This document shows, in pieces, positions 55,365 to 64,000 of a stretch of 64,000 nt of DNA. The translations under genes were made by a program, and so were the position numbers. Below the pieces are notes generated by a model, which did no database searches, had not been told where the DNA came from, and saw only the letters and a list, made by a program, of their open reading frames with translations. Numbering within the stretch: position 1 is the first letter of the stretch; each line of letters begins with the position of its first letter. The stretch comes from Eledone cirrhosa (lineage: Eukaryota). Location of the stretch: NCBI GenBank assembly GCA_964016885.1, contig OZ024746.1, positions 72,416,001 to 72,480,000 on the forward strand. Reading direction: 5' to 3'.

Positions 55365-56248
55365 GAATGTGCAGGAGTTTTCACAGTTCTCGCCAGCAAC
55401 GTTGTGTAGTTCTCATCGAAGTACAGGATCTCTCATCAAAGTGAAGAATCTCTTATCAAAGTATACGAGCTCTCACCCCAAAACTGCAAGAACTTTCACC
55501 GACGTACAAGAACTCTCGTCAACATACAGGAACTCTCGCCACCAATATACAGGATCTCTCACCACCAACGTGAAGAGTTCTCGTCAATGTGCAGTAGCTC
55601 TCACCACCAATGTACAGGAATGCTCAGCAACGTACGGGAGCTCTCATTACCAACGTACTGTAGCTTTCGTCAACGTACAGGAACTCTCCCCACCAATGTA
55701 CTGTAGTTTCTTTTCAATTTCAAGCAGCTCTCACCACCACCGTACATGAGTTGTTATTAACGTACGCGAAGTCTCATCACCATCTTACAAGTGCTCTCCC
55801 CACCTGTGTATAGGAGTTCTCATCACCAACACTCAGAAGCTCTTACCATCGTTCAAGAGCTCACGCCAACGCAAAAGAGCTCTCATCACTTATACGAGAA
55901 CTTTTTGTAATGTACAGTCCCTTCACCAATGTACAGAAGCTCTCAGCAACATGCAATAAATGTTGTCAACGTGCAGTTTGTTTTCGTCAACGTACAAGAG
56001 TTCTCACCACCAGGGAATCTCAGTAAAGTATAGCAACCCTCAACAACTTACAGGAATCACCACCACTTCACAGGAGGTCTCTCCATTGGACAAGAGCTCT
56101 CACCACAATACAAGGGCTCTCGGAGTTCTCATGACCAACGTAAGTAACTCTTACATCCAACGTACACCATCCAGCTCTCATCAACTCACAGGTACTCTCA
56201 CCAGCATACAGGGAATCTCGTCAACGTAGAGGAACTCTCGCCACCAAC
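55365..56248. repeat. Highly degenerate tandem repeat (aacgtacaggaactctc(a/g)cc(acc)), unit about 20-23 bp
   Basis: Recurring tacaggaactctc / caccaacgtac motifs. Confidence 0.8.
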
Positions 56249-56252
56249 CTTC

Positions 56253-56293
56253 CTCATCGGAGGATTGTTCTCGGCCTGAAACTGTGTAATGAG
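56253..56293 (+). ncRNA. Decayed hammerhead-like motif
   Basis: ctcat CGGAGGA ttgttctcggcct GAAA ctgtg TA atgag; stem I perfect, core and stem II mutated. Confidence 0.45.
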
Positions 56294-56725
56294 ACACGAA
56301 TGAGTGAAAATTTATAACATCCACAGTAAATTTACTTTTACTCAAGAACTTGAGTTCTTTTCAGTTTGTCCGTAAAGTTTTGTAAGTAGTAATAGTTGCA
56401 AACACGATCCTATGACTGGTTACATGTTTGAAGCTTCTGGTATAATTATGTTATATAATTTCCGTTACTGAACTGTGTTAAAACCACTGCCGGCTTAAGG
56501 TCATGTTATGATGGTAAATATATTTAGGAAAGGCATGTTGGCGAGAGCATCCCGTTATTGAATTACAAGATGTCTGATATTCGTTCTGTTTTTATGTCAG
56601 TGTGTCATACATACACGCGCACACACAGACCCACGTACAAAGATGCGTCATACACAAATACATACGCACAAACGCATGCACACATATACACCACACATAC
56701 ACACACGCGCGCGCGAATATATATA

Positions 56726-56877
<152 letters not shown>

Positions 56878-57524
56878 TTATATATATATATAGATATAGA
56901 TATATATATATACATATTTTCATATATATACAAATATACATATATATATATATACATATTTATATATATATATATATATGCACATATACATATATACGCA
57001 CATATACATAAATATATACACACATATACATAAATATATACACACATATACATAAATATATATATATATTCATATTTATTCGCATACGTGCGCGCACACA
57101 TTCACATTACATTTCTAAGAAAGCAGAAATCAATAAACTAAGCAAGTTGCGATTCGATACGGTTTCAAAATGGGAAGACGGCTGGATTCAAGGTTGATTG
57201 GATGGGAGGGTGAGATGGAGGAAAGAGAGGGAGAAACAAAGAGAGAGGGGGTGAGGTGAGAAAGGGCGTGGGGGAAGGAGGGAGAGAATGAGAGCGGAAG
57301 TAAAGGAAAGGAAAGAGAATTGTGGGAGACAGGTAGATATAAAGATGAGACGGAAGGATGATGGGAGGTGGTGGAAGTCAGTGAGTGAAGAGAGGAGAGT
57401 CATAGGGGGAAAGATAGGGAAAGTGTAAATAATGGAGAAGAGAAAAGGAGAAACAGAAGAAAGAGAAGGGGAGAGAGTGTTATTAACTCCCTTCCTTCCA
57501 TGTTTTATGTTCCTCACCCCTTCC

Positions 57525-59562
57525 ACAACCACCATTATTACAACCATCACCAGTATTACTACCATCACCAGTACTACTACCATCACTAGTATTACAACCA
57601 TCACCAGTATTACTACCATCACCAGTATTACAACCATCACCAGTATTACAACCATCACCAGTATTACAACCATCACCAGTATTACTACCATCACCAGTAT
57701 TACTACCATCACCATTATTACTACCATCACCAGTATTGCTACCATTACCAGTATTACAACCATCACCAGTATTACTACCATCACCAGTATTACAACCATC
57801 ACCAGTATTACTACCATCACCAGTATTACAACCATCACCAGTATTACAACCATCACCAGTACTACTACCATCACCAGTATTACAACCATCACCAGTATTA
57901 CAACCATCACCAGTATTACAACCATCACCAGTATTACTACCATCACCAGTATTACAACCATCACCAGTATTACTACCATCACCAGTATTACTACCATCAC
58001 CAGTACTACTACCATCACCAGTACTACTACCATCACCAGTATTACTACCATCACCAGTATTACTACCATCACCAGTATTACTACCATCACCAGTATTACT
58101 ACCATCACCAGTATTACTACCATCACCAGTACTACTACCATCACCAGTATTACTACCATCACCAGTACTACTACCATCACCAGTACTACTACCATCACCA
58201 GTATTACAACCATCACCAGTATTACAACCATCACCAGTATTACTACCATCACCAGTATTACTACCATCACCAGTATTACAACCATCACCAGTATTACTAC
58301 CATCACCAGTATTACAACCATCACCAGTATTACTACCATCACCAGTATTACAACCATCACCAGTATTACAACCATCACCAGTATTACTACCATCACCAGT
58401 ATTACTACCATCACCAGTATTACTACCATCACCAGTATTACAACCATCACCAGTATTACTACCATCACCAGTATTACAACCATCACCAGTATTACAACCA
58501 TCACCAGTATTACTACCATCACCAGTATTACTACCATCACCAGTATTACTACCATCACCAGTATTACTACCATCACCAGTATTACTACCATCACCAGTAC
58601 TACTACCATCACCAGTATTACTACCATCACCAGTATTACTACCATCACCAGTATTACTACCATCACCAGTATTACTACCATCACCAGTACTACTACCATC
58701 ACCAGTATTACTACCATCACCAGTACTACTACCATCACCAGTATTACTACCATCACCAGTATTACTACCATCACCAGTATTACTACCATCACCAGTATTA
58801 CTACCATCACCAGTACTACTACCATCACCAGTATTACAACCATCACCAGTATTACTACCATCACCAGTATTACTACCATCACCAGTATTACAACCATCAC
58901 CAGTATTACTACCATCACCAGTATTACAACCATCACCAGTATTACTACCATCACCAGTATTACTACCATCACCAGTATTACTACCATCACCAGTATTACT
59001 ACCATCACCAGTATTACAACCATCACCAGTATTACTACCATCACCAGTATTACTACCATCACCAGTATTACAACCATCACCAGTATTACAACCATCACCA
59101 GTATTACTACCATCACCAGTATTACTACCATCACCAGTATTACAACCATCACCAGTATTACTACCATCACCAGTATTACTACCATCACCAGTATTACTAC
59201 CATCACCAGTATTACTACCATAACCAGTACTACTACCATCACCAGTATTACTACCATCACCAGTATTACTACCATCACCAGTATTACTACCATAACCAGT
59301 ACTACTACCATCACCAGTATTACTACCATCACCAGTATTACAACCATCACCAGTATTACAACCATCACCAGTATTACTACCATAACCAGTACTACTACCA
59401 TCACCAGTATTACTACCATCACCAGTATTACAACCATCACCAGTATTACTACCATCACCAGTATTACTACCATCACCAGTATTACTACCATAACCAGTAT
59501 TACTACCATCACCAGTATTACTACCATCACCAGTATTACTACCATCACCAGTATTACTACCA
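57525..59562. repeat. 18 bp minisatellite accatcaccagta(t/c)tac(t/a), about 113 copies
   Basis: Direct inspection; three main unit variants. Confidence 0.97.
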
Positions 59563-59927
59563 CAGACATATCTACCACCATCGCAATCATAATCATCATC
59601 ACCATCATCATTATTATTATATGTACAATTATTGCTGTCTTCATTATCCCCATTGTGATAACCGTCATCACTACCATTATCTTCATCGTCGTCATCATTG
59701 TTATAATCATCACCACCACCATCATCATCATCATCATCATCCCTATCTTCAGCATCAGAAGCGGCAGCATCGTTACTGAGAAAGAAAGAGGGGGTGGGGA
59801 GATTAAACACTACTCTTTCCTAAAATATAGGCAGAAAGCCAATATTTGCAAAAAAGATTTTATTTCGACAAAGAACTATGACATTACACACTCTTACACA
59901 CAGCAGTCAACACATACACACACACAA

Positions 59928-60010
<83 letters not shown>

Positions 60011-61329
60011 CGTGTGTGTGTATGTGCGTGTGTGGATATATGTATATATGTATATTTGGTCATTCATATTCTTCCATTGATAGCTTGCATATCAAGAACC
60101 TTCTTTTTTCACTTCAATTTTCCTAATACATACAGTAGTACCCAAAACATTAACACAGAGATATACGTATGCTGTTATGTTTTAATCCCAAAATGTAGTT
60201 CAAAGTAACAAAATAATCTAACTTTGACATGTCGTTGAAATGGATTTAGCTCCGCTTTCAAAGTTGGTTTGAGTGCTAACGTGTTGACTTCTTACTGCAA
60301 GATCTTGTAGCCGGGGAAGTACGTAAAAATATTTTTTTTTAAATACGTAGGAAGCAGTGAATTAAACTATTCATGAGTCTATGTAAGGGTGTTTTGTTCT
60401 CGTTGCTGTTTGGTGGCGTTTGTGGTGTTGTCGTTATTGTTAATGATATTGTTGTTGTTGCTGTTTTTTTTGGTATATATGTTAGTTGAAGAGGGGTCAA
60501 ATCATCCCAATCGGGTTGAGATGCTGCCAAAGACCTGCTTGAGTATCTCCAGGTCAGTGTTTCCATGGTGGTGAGAAAGCAAGGGAAGAATCTTCTTCCA
60601 ACAGAGTGAAATCTACAAAATATCGCTCAAGCCATGTGATGGCAATGGTGGTTTAAAATATGTCTTGCAATACTAAGGTCGTCATATGTGTGGCGAAAGT
60701 TAAATGGGCAAACTCCCGCCTTGAAGCCACATTCAAGCGCTACATTAGGACCTTTCAAAAAACCGTTTTTAAGCACTCTACTTTTTTCAGAAAACATTGA
60801 TCAACAAAATGTATAAGACTTTTAAGTTACATCTGACACGATTCTAGTTTCCCAAAACAGAAACCAAACATTGAACATTAGTCAAACATTGAACCAAAAT
60901 TCGTATATAGGTGTATGTTACCCCTATTTCTAAGCTATTGTTTATAACAAACTGTATTTACAATTTTCTGCTTTTGAGTTTTCTACATTTTCTATGAACT
61001 TCTAAATTCATCATCGATTCGAAAGTTCGATTCTTTGTATACTATGTTTTTTTACATTCAAAACGCTGTTTTATTTAGTTTTAGACGGCGATTGTTATCA
61101 GAGGTCGTTTAGCCCAATTGTTAGAGCTGTCAGCCGACTAATTTTTCTGTCTATATGGTATTTTACTCGATTTTCTGAGCTATTAACTATAACAAACTGC
61201 GTTTACAGTTATTTTCTGCGTCTGAGTTTTCTACATTTTCTATGAACTTCATAAACCCTCAGCGCTTCGAGAGCTATGATATTTTGCATACTATTCCAAA
61301 ATGGCTGACTGAATACGCACGTGTGATTT

Positions 61330-61535
61330 TTTCCTCCCCTTTTTTTATCTCATTTTTTCCCGTTTCTTCCTCTTTTTACTCTTCTTTCTATTTATCTTCT
61401 ATTTCTAACTCTATCTTCTGATGAAGGATTAGTATCCAAAAGGTTAAGACTCTCTTCCTGCTATTTCAGGCATTAAACTAATATATTTCTTCAATGACTG
61501 CATTGATTGCTTCGTTATTTCTGTTTACATTTTAC
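61330..61535 (+). mobile_element. Hammerhead-bearing short element, decayed (related: 63265-63430 minus; tail only at 5575-5647)
   Basis: tctt CTGATGA a gga ttagta tcc AAAA gg TT aaga (61414-61449); tail ttaaactaatatatttcttcaatg...ttctgtttac shared; 63350-63376 minus reads aaggac tagc gtcc GAAA cg TT aagac. Confidence 0.6.
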
Positions 61536-61547
61536 ACACACACACAC

Positions 61548-61619
<72 letters not shown>

Positions 61620-61772
61620 CAAGTAAGTATGTTTTGAAACAGCGAGCAAGTTTGAAATTAGAAAATAAAAGCTTTCATCGTATTTTTTTACTAAAGAAAT
61701 TTTAGCCTGATAGTGGGGTTTAGAACCCTCAGAGAAATGGAAAAAGATCAGTATTGATGTACACATATATAT

Positions 61773-61905
61773 ATAATTGTTTCTACTTTTGGCACAGTAC
61801 ATTACTGGTGCTTTATTTTATCGACCCCGTAAGGATGAAAGGCAAAGTTAACCTCGGCGGGATTTGAACTCAGGCCGTAAAGGGGCGTAACTGTATGGTG
61901 CAAAG
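61773..61905 (-). mobile_element. tRNA-derived SINE, main family
   Basis: Reverse complement of core and tail. Confidence 0.88.
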
Positions 61906-61913
61906 CTTGGTTT

Positions 61914-61944
<31 letters not shown>

Positions 61945-61952
<8 letters not shown>

Positions 61953-62290
61953 TGCCCCTTCGTTATCGAGTATGGCCATTGCCCGATATACCATTATTAA
62001 TAATTATTAATTAATTCTATTAATGCCTGTGTCTGAGATATTTTAAAGTGAGGAAAGACGGTGCACTGAGCCAATCCCACTCTCTGAGTGACAGTAGCTA
62101 TAACCCGAAAAGAAGAAAAGATCAACATCATCGGTAACTACTGAGCCGCAGGTTTTATATCGGAGTTATCCCAGTTTCCTGAGTTGCCTTCTCCTAGAAG
62201 AATGCCCTGACAAAGGCTAGGAATACTTCGCTCCCAGTGGTTTAACCGCGCGATCGGGTGTCCAACCCGACTATTTCTATGACCCCGCGC
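61945..62290 (-). mobile_element. Short non-autonomous RTE/BovB-related element (5' UTR motif joined to a 3' tail)
   Basis: Minus strand ggcattcttctaggagaaggcaactc resembles the conserved RTE 5' UTR motif (from recall); ends ggcagccatcat before (TA)n. Confidence 0.5.
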
Positions 62291-62519
62291 ATATACATAT
62301 GTATATATGTATATACATATTTACACACTTTTGGATGGCCGTTGACTCTTATGAGTTCTTCCGCCTTTGTCAGGTTTTGTTTTTTTGTCCTGCAGGGTGT
62401 CCAAAATCACCCTCCTCACCAAGTAAACTTGGTGGGGTTGCCGGCTTAGTCGCCGACGACCCGAACATGCGACAGGTTGTATTGGGTTACATGTTACCAG
62501 TAGCACTCAAGAGTGACCC

Positions 62520-62580
<61 letters not shown>

Positions 62581-63185
62581 TTAGCGATAATTCGGCGGGT
62601 AGAAATTAGCGAAACGCAACTTCCGTATTGTGCAGACAAGCGCTCCATGGATATGAAGAAGATACCAGAGCTATAAACACAAGTTAAAATTGTCATACAC
62701 GCTGAGACGATGGTTAAGAAGCCATTAACCACCTTAGCCAAAAAAGCGAACAAGCTAAACGGGTCAAACAAAATGAGATATAATTGAAATAGTTACCCGG
62801 ACCCTCGGGGAAGATGGAATACTCCGAAATTGGGTTCTGCAACACCTAAATCAATAATACTGTCTGCTTATAAAAAATAAGCTTTTGGTATAATGATCGA
62901 ACAAGGCATCGCTTTCTCAACAGGTTTTTGTTCTTCGTGCGCCAGAATCTCACAGGTTATGAAAGCACATGTGAGGTTCTAAGGGGAGTGAATTCAGCAT
63001 GAGTAGTTATTGCAAAATTTTGCAAAAACCGCACTAAACGAATTAAGCTCTCGACCGAGTTGTTTTTAAAATGAACTTAAACGATTAATCAGTCAAAACT
63101 AAAAAGCCAAATAAAATTAACTGGTTAATCGCTTGACTTGGGAGATTAATACAAATATAAATTTAGCGAGAATCGCATTTCGGCG

Positions 63186-63254
<69 letters not shown>

Positions 63255-63615
63255 TGTGTGTGTGTAAAAGGTAAACAGAAATAACAACACAATCGGTACA
63301 GTATATGGAAGGTATATATTAGATTAACGCTTGATATAGCAGGAAGATGGTCTTAACGTTTCGGACGCTAGTCCTTAGTGAAAAATAGACTGGTGAGAAG
63401 AAGAAGGTGGTGTAAGAAGATTGTAGTAGAAGAAAAGTGGTAGAGAGTTGTGGAATATTTAAATGCAAGAAGCCAAGAAAATTTCAAAGATTCGAAAGAT
63501 TTCCTGGTGGAAGTTCGGGTGTACTCCGAGTTGGTATCCAGTTTCGAGGTGAAAATGTAATCAGAAAATCCAACGAATTTTGAGAGGTCCACGTAAGCGT
63601 TGATATATATATATG

Positions 63616-63674
<59 letters not shown>

Positions 63675-63679
<5 letters not shown>

Positions 63680-63868
63680 AAATGTAAGACCCCGACGGCA
63701 GAGCTCAAGCCGTTTCGACGGCTATTTCAGTCCAGAAATAGCCGTCGAAACGGCTTCAGCTCTGCCGTCGGGGTCTTACATTTTCCTATTACCCACTCTG
63801 CTACCCTAAGTATTGAGTACTCTGGTGCGTTATGGTCCATCTGGTTCCTTACCACAACTCCTTCGTTA
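63675..63868. mobile_element. Fold-back half-hammerhead element (family of 18151-18345, opposite orientation)
   Basis: 63675-63788 palindrome with tagccgtc GAAA cggcttcagctctgccg TC ggggtc, followed by the family tail. Confidence 0.8.
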
Positions 63869-64000
63869 TATATATATAAATATATATATATAGTAGAATA
63901 ATCGAGTATCGAAAAATCGGCGCACGAGTTCACGATAAACAAAATTCGATATGAGCGGCAGAGGGCTCAATAATTTAGATAAATCAGAGCTATAACTATC

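Noticed and set aside
60500-60625. Possible minus-strand exon after ttttgtag (ISLCWKKILPLLSHHHGNTDLE...)
   Set aside because: No recognisable homology, no convincing donor site, and an early stop.

Overview
AT-rich, microsatellite-saturated eukaryotic DNA with no recognisable host protein-coding gene; the SINE families and repeat landscape suggest a coleoid cephalopod such as octopus (inference). Nearly all ORF-track entries are translations of (TA)n/(CA)n/(GAT)n repeats. Real coding remnants are all retrotransposons: a near full-length, internally deleted Tx1/L1-like LINE (about 43950-48980) with three related fragments, four RTE-clade fragments, a CRE-clade RT fragment, an R4/Dong-type restriction-like endonuclease 3' end flanked by (TAA)n, and two clear Penelope-like GIY-YIG remnants. 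There are about 20 copies or fragments of one tRNA-derived SINE and several MITEs. The main finding is about 20 type I hammerhead-ribozyme-like motifs from many sequence-unrelated short elements. They occur on both strands, usually between (TA)n tracts and often in tandem or fold-back arrangements. All folds and translations were done by eye, so coordinates are approximate and no activity is demonstrated.
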